Shown: positions 52,477 to 64,000, counted from the first letter of the stretch. The stretch is 64,000 nucleotides of DNA from an uncultured Clostridia bacterium (GCA_934132895.1 CAKPAG010000004.1:37846-101845); one strand, 5' to 3'. Translations and numbers: made by a program. Notes: a model not told the origin generated them from the sequence alone.

Positions 52477-53502
52477 ATGGTAAGTGATAAAGAAGTAAAA
52501 ACTGTAGTTTCACCATTTGCGGTGAGAGAAAATGAAGTAAAAGTTTTTGATGGGAAAGAAGGATTTGCCTCAATTAATCAGGTAGTATTCAAAATGGATA
52601 TGGGCTATATAAACGAATACCATATAAAAGCATTAGAAGTTGTAAATGAATTTGGTTTTGTAACTTCTAGACAAGTAACACAAGTACTTGATGTAAGAGG
52701 AAAATTAAACGATATTGAAGAAGATAAAAAACAAAATAAAGTAGCAAAGTGGTTAGAAGATTTAACAAAATCTAAAGTAATAGCTCGTTATTTCTTCCAA
52801 AGTGAATCTGGAAAAAGTTCATATAGAGCATATGCTATGGATAAGATTGCAACATATATATTAAAACAAAGAAATATTCCTACAACTTGGCAACCAACAG
52901 ATAATACAAAACCAGCATATGCTGTAAAAAGGAAATTAGCTGGTAACCAAATTATAATCGCATATATGCAAAAAGTTGCTGCTTTTGAAGAAGTTAACCC
53001 AAATATATTATTATTTTCAAAAAAATATAATGTAAAATTTAAACCAACTGGTGGAATGGTAACTTTAAAAAATGGTGCTGATGAGTTAAACTTTGTATTT
53101 GAAGTTGTAAGAAGAAATGAAGATTGGCAAAATATGTTTGCTGAAAAAGTACAATTATATTCTGATTTTTATGAGAATTTTGCAAGAAATGACGCAGGTT
53201 TTTATAACCCACCACAAGTAGTTTTTGTTGGAGAAGATGTTCAACATATTGCTGAAATGTTTAGAATTATAAAAAAGGTAAGTACAACTTTGAAGGATGA
53301 AGATATGTATTTTACAACTGAACTTAAACATTTGGAACCAACTTTAGAAAATTCAATTAGTGTCTTTGAAGTAGATAATGATAGCAAAAAATATAAACTT
53401 GTTACAAAACATTTAGATATATTAAAACCAGGTGAATCTACTACAAATGGAAATAAACTAAATACTGATATGAAATTTAATTCTAACATGATAATTGAAT
53501 AA
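52477..53502 (+). CDS. Hypothetical wHTH protein, possibly replication-relaxation family (PF13814-like)
   Basis: 341 aa. YHIKALEVVNEFGFVTSRQVTQVL resembles the N-terminal winged helix of plasmid/ICE replication-relaxation proteins. Sits where cggR would be expected, upstream of gap. Confidence 0.4.
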   Translation: MVSDKEVKTVVSPFAVRENEVKVFDGKEGFASINQVVFKMDMGYINEYHIKALEVVNEFGFVTSRQVTQVLDVRGKLNDIEEDKKQNKVAKWLEDLTKSKVIARYFFQSESGKSSYRAYAMDKIATYILKQRNIPTTWQPTDNTKPAYAVKRKLAGNQIIIAYMQKVAAFEEVNPNILLFSKKYNVKFKPTGGMVTLKNGADELNFVFEVVRRNEDWQNMFAEKVQLYSDFYENFARNDAGFYNPPQVVFVGEDVQHIAEMFRIIKKVSTTLKDEDMYFTTELKHLEPTLENSISVFEVDNDSKKYKLVTKHLDILKPGESTTNGNKLNTDMKFNSNMIIE

Positions 53503-53618
53503 AATAATAGTTTGAACTTTAAGAGTTAATTCTTGAAGTTCTTTTTTCTTTAATTTATTGGAAATTTTTGTCTAAAACATTGAAAACTTGAAACTATTGT
53601 TGTAAAATAGAAGTATAA

Positions 53619-54647
<1,029 letters not shown>

Positions 54648-54716
54648 TTATAATGAGAATAAAAGGCTGGCTTTTGTAATTTAGTCAGCCTTCAAATTAA
54701 TAAATGGAGGCAATAT

Positions 54717-55898
54717 ATGTTAAATAAAAAAAGTGTTGAAGATATAGATGTAAAATCTAAAAAAGTACTTGTAAGATGTGATTTTAACGTTCCTTTAGAT
54801 AAAGAAACAGGAGAGATTACAAGTGATAAAAGAATAGTTGAATCTTTAAAAACTATTAAATATTTGATAGAACATAACGCCAAAATTATTCTTTGTTCAC
54901 ATATTGGAAAAACAGGACAAGGCAAGAGTTTGGAAAAAGTATCTAAAAGATTATCAGAACTTTTAGATAAGCAAGTTATATTTATAAAAGAAATATTTTC
55001 TGATGAAGCAAAAGATATAATTTCAAATATGAAAGATGGAGATGTTGTACTTTTAGAAAACACAAGAATGTTTGAAGAAGAAGAAAAAAATGATCCTGAA
55101 TTTGCAAAAAAACTTGCTTCATATGCTGAAATTTTTGTAAATGATGCATTTGGAACAGCTCATAGGGCACACGCTTCTACAGAAGGAGTAACTCATTTTC
55201 TTCCATCAGTATGTGGCTTTTTAATAAAAAAAGAAATAGATGCTTTAGATGGTGGAATAAACAATCCTAAAAGACCACTTGTAGCAATTGTAGGAGGATC
55301 AAAGGTTTCAAGCAAAATAGATGTATTAAATGCATTACTTGATAAAGTAGATACTCTTTTAATAGGTGGAGCTATGACTTATACTTTTGTTAAGGCACAA
55401 GGTGGAAAAATTGGAAAATCACTATGTGAGGATGATAAACTTCAAGTTGCTTTAGATATATTAAAAAAAGGACTTGATAAAAATGTTAGAATTTTACTCC
55501 CAGTAGACAATGTTATAGCTACTGAAATGACAAATGATGCAGATACTTTAGTTACAAGTGTTAGTGAAATACCAGATGATTATATGGGACTTGATATTGG
55601 ACCAAAAACAATTGATTTATATAAAGAGGAAATTAAAGTTGCTGGTACAGTTGTATGGAATGGTCCAGTCGGAGTATTTGAAATAGATAAATTTGCAAAT
55701 GGAACAAAAGAAATTGCAACAGCAATGGCAAACTCTAGTGCTGTAACTATAATAGGTGGAGGAGATAGTGCAGCAGCAGTAGAAAAAATAGGACTTGAAG
55801 ATAAAATGTCACATGTTTCTACTGGTGGTGGTGCTTCTTTAGAGTTTATGGAAGGCAAAAAATTACCAGGAATTGAAGCTTTAGAAGATAAAGAGTAG
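54717..55898 (+). CDS. pgk: Phosphoglycerate kinase
   Basis: 393 aa. RCDFNVP, a Gly-rich nucleotide-binding region and the typical C-terminal domain. Confidence 0.95.
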   Translation: MLNKKSVEDIDVKSKKVLVRCDFNVPLDKETGEITSDKRIVESLKTIKYLIEHNAKIILCSHIGKTGQGKSLEKVSKRLSELLDKQVIFIKEIFSDEAKDIISNMKDGDVVLLENTRMFEEEEKNDPEFAKKLASYAEIFVNDAFGTAHRAHASTEGVTHFLPSVCGFLIKKEIDALDGGINNPKRPLVAIVGGSKVSSKIDVLNALLDKVDTLLIGGAMTYTFVKAQGGKIGKSLCEDDKLQVALDILKKGLDKNVRILLPVDNVIATEMTNDADTLVTSVSEIPDDYMGLDIGPKTIDLYKEEIKVAGTVVWNGPVGVFEIDKFANGTKEIATAMANSSAVTIIGGGDSAAAVEKIGLEDKMSHVSTGGGASLEFMEGKKLPGIEALEDKE

Positions 55899-55910
55899 GA
55901 AGGTATTACT

Positions 55911-56423
55911 ATGGAAAAAGAAGTAAAAAAAGCTAATAAAGATAGTAAAAAAATCGTTATAAAAGATAAAAAAAGATTTGTTATAGCATTAGCTATAATT
56001 GCTTTGGCACTGTTAATAGTTATATTAATTTTTGCGAATAAGAAGCAAGATATAGCTAATGTAGATGATTATTCTAATTTAAATGCTAAAAAGTATTCCA
56101 ATGAACTTTTTGAAAAATATAACACAGAAGAAAGTAAAAATAAGTTCTTAGATGACTATGATTTTATTCAAGGTGCAATAGGAATATATATAATGAATAA
56201 TTCTACATATTCACCTGATTCTTTTACTAATATAATTAAAGATTTAAGGTTAGAATTAAGCCAAAAAACTTGGACTAAATTAGATTATGAAAGACCTACA
56301 TTTTGGAATGGTGAATTTAGCGTAGATGATAAAGGAATATTAAATTTTAAATTTAGTAGTAAGTCAATAGAACCTTCTTGGATAAATGATGAAGAACTTG
56401 AAGGAAAAATTATCTTAAATTAG
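55911..56423 (+). CDS. Hypothetical N-terminally membrane-anchored protein inserted between pgk and tpiA
   Basis: 170 aa. A single TM (FVIALAIIALALLIVILIFA), then a soluble domain. Starts 13 nt after pgk. Confidence 0.5.
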   Translation: MEKEVKKANKDSKKIVIKDKKRFVIALAIIALALLIVILIFANKKQDIANVDDYSNLNAKKYSNELFEKYNTEESKNKFLDDYDFIQGAIGIYIMNNSTYSPDSFTNIIKDLRLELSQKTWTKLDYERPTFWNGEFSVDDKGILNFKFSSKSIEPSWINDEELEGKIILN

Positions 56424-56451
56424 TATTAGTAATTTTATGGGAGGAATTAAT

Positions 56452-57207
56452 ATGAGAAAGAAAATTATAGCTGGAAATTGGAAAATGAACTATACGGTTA
56501 CTGAAGCTGACAATTTTGTGAGTGAAATAAAAGACCTTGTTAATACTGATGAAGTAGATGTAGTTATCTGCCCTAATAATGTATCTTTAGAAAGAGTTTC
56601 AGATATAATAGATGGTAGTAATATAAAACTTGGAGCTCAAAATGTATTTTATGAAGATAAAGGAGCATATACTGGTGAAACAAGTGCAGATATGTTACTT
56701 GCTCTTGATGTAAAATATTGTATTATAGGGCATAGTGAAAGAAGAAAGTATTTCCATGAAAGTGATGAAATAGTAAATAAAAAAGCTAAAAAATTGTTAG
56801 AGAAAAATATCTTCCCTATAATTTGTGTTGGAGAAACATTAGACCAAAGAGAAGATGGAAGTTTTTATGAATTTGTAGCTTTACAAATAAAAAATGCACT
56901 TCAAGGTATTGCTGAAGATGACGTTAAAGAAAAAATAGTAATAGCTTATGAACCAATTTGGGCAATAGGTACAGGAGTTACAGCTACAAAGGAACAAGCT
57001 GAAGAGATGTGCAAATATATAAGAGAAGAAGTAAAAAAATTATATAATGACTCTACTGCCGAAAGTATTAGAATACAATATGGTGGAAGTGTTAAGCCAT
57101 CTAATGCAAGTGAAATCTTAAATATGGAAGATATAGATGGAGCATTAGTAGGAGGGGCCTCTCTTACAAAAGATTTTGTAGCCATTGTAAATTATGATAA
57201 CAAGTAG
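56452..57207 (+). CDS. tpiA: Triosephosphate isomerase
   Basis: MRKKIIAGNWKMN..., catalytic IIGHSERR and AYEPIWAIGTG. Start at the ATG at 56452 after GGGAGG. Confidence 0.93.
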   Translation: MRKKIIAGNWKMNYTVTEADNFVSEIKDLVNTDEVDVVICPNNVSLERVSDIIDGSNIKLGAQNVFYEDKGAYTGETSADMLLALDVKYCIIGHSERRKYFHESDEIVNKKAKKLLEKNIFPIICVGETLDQREDGSFYEFVALQIKNALQGIAEDDVKEKIVIAYEPIWAIGTGVTATKEQAEEMCKYIREEVKKLYNDSTAESIRIQYGGSVKPSNASEILNMEDIDGALVGGASLTKDFVAIVNYDNK

Positions 57208-57324
57208 TGAGAAATATATAATAGTATAAATTAGTTTTGTATAAATTCTAATTTATGCTATTTTTCTTTGCATAAATACTGTCATAAGGAAAATAATATG
57301 TATATGTAACTTAAGTCTTTTCCT

Positions 57325-57346
57325 TTGTTACAAAAATGTAACAAAA
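57325..57346. promoter_or_regulatory. Perfect 22-bp palindrome TTTGTTACAAAAATGTAACAAA in the tpiA-gpmI intergenic region
   Basis: Seen directly in the sequence. Candidate operator for an unknown regulator. Confidence 0.35.
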
Positions 57347-57380
57347 AGGTAAAATTAGGCAAAAAATAGAACTTTATCTA

Positions 57381-57427
57381 TTGTAAATTGCTATACAAAG
57401 TGATATAATAAAAATACTGTATAGCAG
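57381..57427 (+). promoter_or_regulatory. Putative gpmI promoter (TTGTAA -17 nt- TATAAT) embedded in the inverted repeat TGCTATACA ... TGTATAGCA
   Basis: -35 box at 57381-57386 and -10 box at 57404-57409. The inverted-repeat arms are at 57389-57397 and 57418-57426. Confidence 0.4.
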
Positions 57428-57448
57428 TAGAAGGAGTAGGAAAACTAT

Positions 57449-58987
57449 ATGAAAAATAAACAATATGTACTAATGATATTAGATGGTGTAGGGTTAAATG
57501 ATGAAGAAAAAGGAAATGCATTTAAGATGGCAAATACTCCAAACTTGGATAGATATGTAGAAAAATATCCTAACACTTATGTGCAAACTAGTGGTATGGC
57601 AGTAGGACTTCCAGAAGGTCAAATGGGAAATTCTGAAGTGGGACATACAAATATAGGGGCAGGAAGAATTGTATATCAAGAATTAACAAGAATAACAAAA
57701 GAAATAAATGAAGGAAAATTCTTTGAAAATCAAGTGTTATTAAATGCTATGAATCATGTAAAAGAAAATAACAGCTCATTACATCTTTTAGGTCTTGTAT
57801 CAGATGGTGGTGTACATAGCCACATAGATCATTTATATGCTCTTTTAGAAATGGCAAAAAGAAATAATATTGAAAAAGTATATGTTCATGCAATACTTGA
57901 TGGAAGGGATACTTCTCCAACTTCTGCAGTAGATTATTTAAAAGAATTAGAAAACAAAATGAAAGAAATTGGTGTAGGAAAAGTTGCAACTCTTGCTGGT
58001 AGATATTATGCAATGGATAGAGATAACAGATGGGATAGAGTTGAAAAAGCTTATGATGCAGTCGTAAATGGAAAAGGAAATAGCTTTAAAACTGTTCAAA
58101 AAGCAATAGAAACATCATATGAAGCACAAGAATTTGATGAGTTTGTAAAGCCAATAGTAATTGTTGATGATGAACAAGAGCCAGTTGCTAAAATCAGTGA
58201 AAATGACAGTGTGGTATATTTTAACTTTAGACCCGATAGAGCAAGAGAACTTACAAAGGCTATTACTATGCCAGATTTCGCGGAATTTGAAACAAAAAAA
58301 TTAAATAACATATATTTTGTTACTATGACAAAATATGATGAAGTATTAAAAAATGTTGAAATAGCATATAAACCAGAAAATTTAAAAAATACTTTTGGGG
58401 AATATATATCAAAACTTGGATATACTCAGTTAAGAATAGCTGAAACAGAAAAATATGCTCATGTTACATTCTTCTTTAATGGTGGAAGAGAAGATAAATA
58501 TGAAGGTGAAGATAGGATTCTTGTACCATCTCCAAAGGTTGCAACTTATGATTTAAAACCTGAAATGTCTGCATATGAAGTAACAGATAAAACAATTGAA
58601 GCAATAGATTCTAAAAAATATGATGTTATAATCATGAATTTTGCAAACGGTGATATGGTAGGACATACTGGAAACATAGAAAAAACAATTGAAGCTGTGG
58701 AAGCTGTGGATAAATGTGTTGGAAGAATAATTTCTAAATTAGAAGAAATAGGTGGAGAGGCAATCATTACAGCGGACCATGGAAACTGTGAATATATGCT
58801 TGATCTAAAAACTGGTGAGCCAATAACATCACATTCCACATTTGATGTACCAATGATAGTGGTATCAGAAAGAATTAAAAGTATAACTAACGGAAGACTT
58901 TGTGATTTAACTCCAACTTTACTTACTTTGATGAGTGAAAAAATACCTGAAGAAATGACAGGTAAATCTTTAGTAGAACTAAGATAG
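57449..58987 (+). CDS. gpmI: 2,3-bisphosphoglycerate-independent phosphoglycerate mutase
   Basis: 512 aa. Catalytic Ser region (GNSEVGHTNIGAG) and the metal-binding C-terminus (TADHGN). Confidence 0.93.
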   Translation: MKNKQYVLMILDGVGLNDEEKGNAFKMANTPNLDRYVEKYPNTYVQTSGMAVGLPEGQMGNSEVGHTNIGAGRIVYQELTRITKEINEGKFFENQVLLNAMNHVKENNSSLHLLGLVSDGGVHSHIDHLYALLEMAKRNNIEKVYVHAILDGRDTSPTSAVDYLKELENKMKEIGVGKVATLAGRYYAMDRDNRWDRVEKAYDAVVNGKGNSFKTVQKAIETSYEAQEFDEFVKPIVIVDDEQEPVAKISENDSVVYFNFRPDRARELTKAITMPDFAEFETKKLNNIYFVTMTKYDEVLKNVEIAYKPENLKNTFGEYISKLGYTQLRIAETEKYAHVTFFFNGGREDKYEGEDRILVPSPKVATYDLKPEMSAYEVTDKTIEAIDSKKYDVIIMNFANGDMVGHTGNIEKTIEAVEAVDKCVGRIISKLEEIGGEAIITADHGNCEYMLDLKTGEPITSHSTFDVPMIVVSERIKSITNGRLCDLTPTLLTLMSEKIPEEMTGKSLVELR

Positions 58988-59006
58988 TCTAAGGGGTTTG
59001 AAGTTT

Positions 59007-59852
59007 ATGGCAGAGGAAAGAAAAACAAGAGCAGACTTTGATACAGATTCTGAATGGTATACATATCTTGTAACTCATCCTGAAAAGGAAGAAGAAGAGG
59101 AAGAAGTAAAAGAAGAGTACCAAAAAGGAATTTTCTTGTGTGAAAAGTGTGGATACATTATAGATGAAACAAGCAAAGATTTTGATAAAAATGAGAACAA
59201 AAAAATAAAAAGAGATGAAAATGGAAATATATTAAAGTGTCCAAATTGCGGAGCTCTAGGAAAGCATTTAAAGAGAATTTCTAAAGAAGAAAAAGAGAAA
59301 GAGCTAAGAAAAAGAATAATAAAAAAAGAAAAAGAAGAAGATAGAAAGCTAAAAATTGCTAGAGGAAATATTAAAGATGATATGCTTGATCTTCTAGAAG
59401 ACTTAAGATATAGGTTAGAAAATGATGAGATAAGCATAAAAAGATTTATTGCACTTTTTATTAATTTATCTAAAAGGATAATAGATAGAAATGCTAAAGA
59501 TATAAATATTGATTGGTTAGAGTATAGAAGAGCAATATTTGGTATGGCAGATGCAGTAATAGATTTATATAATGTAAAGACTGATGCTGAAAGTATAATA
59601 GAAGATTATGATGAAAATATCGAAGAGGACAAACTATACATCGCTGAGTATAAATATTATATCGAAGATGATAAATTTGCTATTTCAGATTATGAAATGC
59701 AGGAAAGAATTAAAGAATATGATAAGATGCAAGATAATCTATTTAAAGAAGAAAGAAAAAAAGCTTTAGAAGAAGAGTATCAAAAAAGAAGAATAGCTCT
59801 TGAGAAAAAAGCTGATGATAGAATTCAAAGAAGAATTGAAAGATCACTTTAA
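59007..59852 (+). CDS. Hypothetical acidic/basic coiled-coil protein with a zinc ribbon (CEKCG...CPNCG), inserted between gpmI and eno
   Basis: About 281 aa from the ATG at 59007, after AAGGGG. Two CxxC pairs and highly charged K/E repeats. Confidence 0.5.
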   Translation: MAEERKTRADFDTDSEWYTYLVTHPEKEEEEEEVKEEYQKGIFLCEKCGYIIDETSKDFDKNENKKIKRDENGNILKCPNCGALGKHLKRISKEEKEKELRKRIIKKEKEEDRKLKIARGNIKDDMLDLLEDLRYRLENDEISIKRFIALFINLSKRIIDRNAKDINIDWLEYRRAIFGMADAVIDLYNVKTDAESIIEDYDENIEEDKLYIAEYKYYIEDDKFAISDYEMQERIKEYDKMQDNLFKEERKKALEEEYQKRRIALEKKADDRIQRRIERSL

Positions 59853-59923
59853 TATATAAATAATATTTACTAATAATTAAGCTATTTCCTACTTATTTAT
59901 AGTAGAAAATAATATATAAATGA

Positions 59924-61261
<1,338 letters not shown>

Positions 61262-61292
61262 TAAAATAAAAAACTAATAAAAAATAATGTTA

Positions 61293-61334
61293 AAAAGTGT
61301 TGGAATATCTATATCTATTCTAACGCTTTTTTTA
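61293..61334 (+). terminator. Rho-independent terminator after eno
   Basis: AAAGTGTTGGAATA ... TATTCTAACGCTTTTTTT (with G-U pairs). Confidence 0.5.
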
Positions 61335-61411
61335 TATTTTAACAAATTTATAGCTTTATTCATAAAATAGAAAGAGAGATTATATTTTTCATATTAAAAA
61401 GGAGGAAGTTT

Positions 61412-62386
61412 ATGAATAATTGCTGTAATAATCATAACTGTTGTTGCAAAATAATTGGTCCAAAGGGAGAACAAGGCCCTGCGGGACCACAAGGTTCTGC
61501 GGGATCACAAGGCCCTACAGGACCACAAGGCCCTACAGGACCTACTGGTGCAACAGGATTACAAGGAATAAAAGGAGAAAAGGGAGAAGTCGGACCAGTT
61601 GGCCCACAAGGTGAAAAGGGAGAAAGAGGTATACAAGGTCCATCAACCATTAGTGTTGGTGATACTGAAACAGTATCTTCTAACATGGTAGCTGAAGTGA
61701 CAAATGTCGGTACAAAAGAAGATTTAGTATTAAACTTTAAAATACCAAAAGGCGAAAAAGGAGATAAAGGAGATCAGGGAGAAAAAGGTGATGTTGGTCC
61801 AAGAGGCTTACCTGGGGAAATTGGAAGAACGGAACATATTTCAATAGGTGAAACAGAAACTATTGGACCTGGTGAACCGGCTCAAGTTTTAGATGATTTC
61901 GAAAATATGGTACACAACCTTACATTTTATATTCCTAAAGGAGAAAATGGAGGAGGACCTACCTCGTTTAGTGCAATAGTATTTGCTGAATACGATGATA
62001 CAAATGAATCCAAGCCTTTAACAATAAACGAAAAAATATTATTACCAGAAGCAACACCTATATTTAAAGTTCCAAATTTAACAGATATAGATGTTCTAGT
62101 AACTGGAATTTATGAGATAATGCTGTGTGGAAAGATTTCAGGGGTAACTCAGGCTAATGGAGCTAAATTTTTACTTTTGAATAAAACAACAGGAACTGTT
62201 ATAGATAACTTAACGTTTGAGTTAAAAGAAGGAATAACTTCAGACATGACATTTTCAGGAACTACTGTGGTACAAATTTTTGCCCCAGCTTCTTTTGAGG
62301 TAAGAAGTACGATTAGCAATGATCCAACTACTGCTAAAATTGCATTTTATGATATGAGGCTAACAATGAAAAAATACAATGTTTAA
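61412..62386 (+). CDS. Collagen-like triple-helix-repeat exosporium-type glycoprotein (BclA-like)
   Basis: 324 aa. Cys-rich N-terminus MNNCCNNHNCCCK, about 40 G-x-x triplets in two blocks, and a C-terminal beta-rich (C1q/TNF-like) domain. Confidence 0.75.
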   Translation: MNNCCNNHNCCCKIIGPKGEQGPAGPQGSAGSQGPTGPQGPTGPTGATGLQGIKGEKGEVGPVGPQGEKGERGIQGPSTISVGDTETVSSNMVAEVTNVGTKEDLVLNFKIPKGEKGDKGDQGEKGDVGPRGLPGEIGRTEHISIGETETIGPGEPAQVLDDFENMVHNLTFYIPKGENGGGPTSFSAIVFAEYDDTNESKPLTINEKILLPEATPIFKVPNLTDIDVLVTGIYEIMLCGKISGVTQANGAKFLLLNKTTGTVIDNLTFELKEGITSDMTFSGTTVVQIFAPASFEVRSTISNDPTTAKIAFYDMRLTMKKYNV

Positions 62387-62617
62387 AGAATAGATGATTA
62401 TTTTGTCAAAACTTGTGGCTTTAAAAATAAAAAAGAGCTATTAAAATACACTAACGCAGTATTTAAACTAGCTGATAAAGGAAAATAGAGTTAAAAAATA
62501 TAAATAAAAAGGTATATGAGTATATCGTAGAGTTTTTTTGTTTTACTTGAAATTTTCTCTAAAAATTAATGATATACTCATATTATATTTGGCGTAAAGG
62601 AACCCCCAAAGTTATAT

Positions 62618-62658
62618 GAAGTGAACTCAAAAAGTGTCTAACTTTTTGGGTTCACTTC
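62618..62658. repeat. Long near-perfect hairpin (18-bp stem, 5-nt loop) between convergent genes
   Basis: GAAGTGAACTCAAAAAGT-gtcta-ACTTTTTGGGTTCACTTC, with one mismatch. Flanked by AACCCCCAAAGTT, which can also pair with AACTTTTTGGGTT. Confidence 0.45.
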
Positions 62659-62709
62659 ACTATGCCGGTGTATAATTATTATCTCCACATCTAAACTTAA
62701 GATTAGTTT

Positions 62710-63252
62710 TTAAGTATCTTGAAGAATTATTTGACCTGAACTAATTGGTAAATTAACAAAATTTACATCTACTAAGGTAAAAGTACGTTCAGGAGCAGGT
62801 GGATTCTTAATTTCTACGGTTTTAGTGCTTTCTGTCATAGTAACTTGTTGAACTGTAGCTTCAAAAGTGTGACCACCATCACTAGAAGTTTGTTTAAAAT
62901 ATATTACTGGACTTTCTGTTTCAGCAAAAGGTACATTATTAAATACAGCATTACCATCGGATCCTGTTGTTACAGGATCACCATATACTGTACCAGAAGC
63001 ATCAGTTCTTACAAATGTAGATCCAAATACAGCGCTACCTGTGCTTTCACCAGTATCAGTAACATGAAGAGTTAAAGTACCATTTGCAGCTATTTTAAAT
63101 TCATAATTATTTGTACCTTCGACTAAAGTAACATTTTTAGGATATAATGTTGTTGCATCATACCCTTGAACTAAAGCAGTTGCAGAGTATTGTCCATCAA
63201 TTAATTCTATACTACCTTTTCCATTTGTTATTGAAATAGTGTGTCTTGCCAT
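62710..63252 (-). CDS. Hypothetical beta-rich (Thr/Gly/Val-rich) protein, possible spore-surface component
   Basis: Start at MARHTISITNGKGS (63252) after AAGGGGGAA. The track's upstream extension is rejected. About 180 aa. Next to the collagen-like gene. Confidence 0.5.
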   Translation of the reverse strand: MARHTISITNGKGSIELIDGQYSATALVQGYDATTLYPKNVTLVEGTNNYEFKIAANGTLTLHVTDTGESTGSAVFGSTFVRTDASGTVYGDPVTTGSDGNAVFNNVPFAETESPVIYFKQTSSDGGHTFEATVQQVTMTESTKTVEIKNPPAPERTFTLVDVNFVNLPISSGQIILQDT

Positions 63253-63329
63253 AAATTTAAATTCCCCCTTATAAACTATTGTTATATTTAATTTATTAAA
63301 AATTAAAAAGTTTTTAAAATAGTATCTTT

Positions 63330-64000
63330 TTATGATTCTAATGTCCAAATAACTTTAGTAGAGTATTCTTCTTTAAAGTTTAAAATACTTGTATCTGCTA
63401 ATTTTAATAATAGACCTTTTTCAGTTGAAAACGTTATATTACTAACTTCTATATTTCCTCCATTGTCGCTGCCTGAATATACTAAGATAGGAGTTGATTT
63501 TAATATAACATTTTCATTGTTAAATTTATTGAAAATTAATGCATCTATTAAAATTAAACCACTTTCTGTTTTCATTGGGTTTACAAAGTTTATATATAAC
63601 TTCCAAGGTTTGCTATTTAATCTACTATCTACAATAGTTACTGTATTTGAAGATTTCTTAGGTAATGTTACACTTGAACCTGAAAGTAAACTATTATCAA
63701 ACGTTATATTTCCGAGATACTTTTAGAAGTGTTAATTCTCCTTCAAAAGGAGTAGTTATTTTTCTAGTAACATAAATTCCACTTAAACAAGTGGTTAGTT
63801 TTATCTCTGTGTTATCAGGTATGGTAGAAGGTAAACTATATTCAAATAATCCATCAGAGTCCACTTCAACTATTGTACTAATGTTTCCATATTCTATTTT
63901 TACATTTGCTAACTCCATTGTATGTCCTGATATATTACTTGAACTACTTGTTATTGGATGAATATTTACTTTAAAACTTCCAATCGAAAAAATTTTTCTA
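63330..64000 (-). CDS. 3' part of a larger beta-rich hypothetical protein that continues beyond the window; contains a 1-nt frameshift at about 63721
   Basis: Track ORFs 63697..63918 and 63330..63575 are in frames -1/+1. The lower frame stays open upstream to 63722. An AAAA run at the junction: deleting one A joins ...GELTLLK to YLGNITFDNSLLSG.... The frame is open to the window edge. Confidence 0.5.

Noticed and set aside
61432-61686. Minus-strand 84-aa Pro/Gly-rich ORF
   Set aside because: Reverse complement of the collagen GXX repeats. An artefact of repeat composition.
61480-61830. Periodic 9-bp repeat structure, considered as possible CRISPR or VNTR
   Set aside because: It is the coding periodicity of collagen Gly-X-Y triplets. 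There are no spacer/repeat units of CRISPR size.
63463-63726. Plus-strand 87-aa ORF
   Set aside because: Lies antisense across the frameshift junction of the minus-strand beta-rich gene. No RBS.

Overview
This 64 kb window is a low-GC, sporulating Firmicute (Clostridium-like) chromosomal segment, almost fully coding, with a mostly housekeeping backbone.

Backbone genes (identified from translated ORFs and conserved motifs):
- recA-recX, with a sigma-A promoter and a LexA/DinR 'Cheo' box.
- deoD-scpA.
- CIRCE-groES-groEL.
- An amidohydrolase and mini-RNase III.
- A spoVAC-spoVAD-spoVAE operon plus small spore-coat-like genes.
- DivIVA-domain protein and spoIIP.
- topA, copZ-copA, sigK, hflX.
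- pflB and pflA, and ireB-ruvX-DUF1292.
- htrA.
- A gap-pgk-tpiA-gpmI-eno glycolytic operon.
- A BclA-like collagen-repeat (exosporium-type) protein.

Accessory or unusual content:
- scpA is followed by a Fic protein with a non-canonical motif, not by scpB.
- Two co-transcribed surface proteins with sortase-B-type C-terminal sorting signals (NPQTG, NPNTS).
- Tandem paralogous small proteins.
- An IS30 transposase remnant, with membrane proteins and a J-domain protein, inserted between pflB and pflA.
- A three-gene module of apparent pseudo-enzymes (small 2-TM protein; pseudo-receiver + degenerate MinD/ParA P-loop; membrane GAF + degenerate GGDEF).
- A four-gene island between htrA and gap, including a replication-relaxation-like wHTH protein, at the position where cggR would be expected.
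- Two unrelated genes inserted inside the glycolytic operon.
- Perfect palindromes upstream of hflX and gpmI.

A recurring pattern: at least seven single-base frameshifts split otherwise intact genes. The likeliest explanation is indel errors in the assembly. Split ORFs here should therefore not be read as real pseudogenes without verification.

No rRNA, tRNA or CRISPR array was seen.
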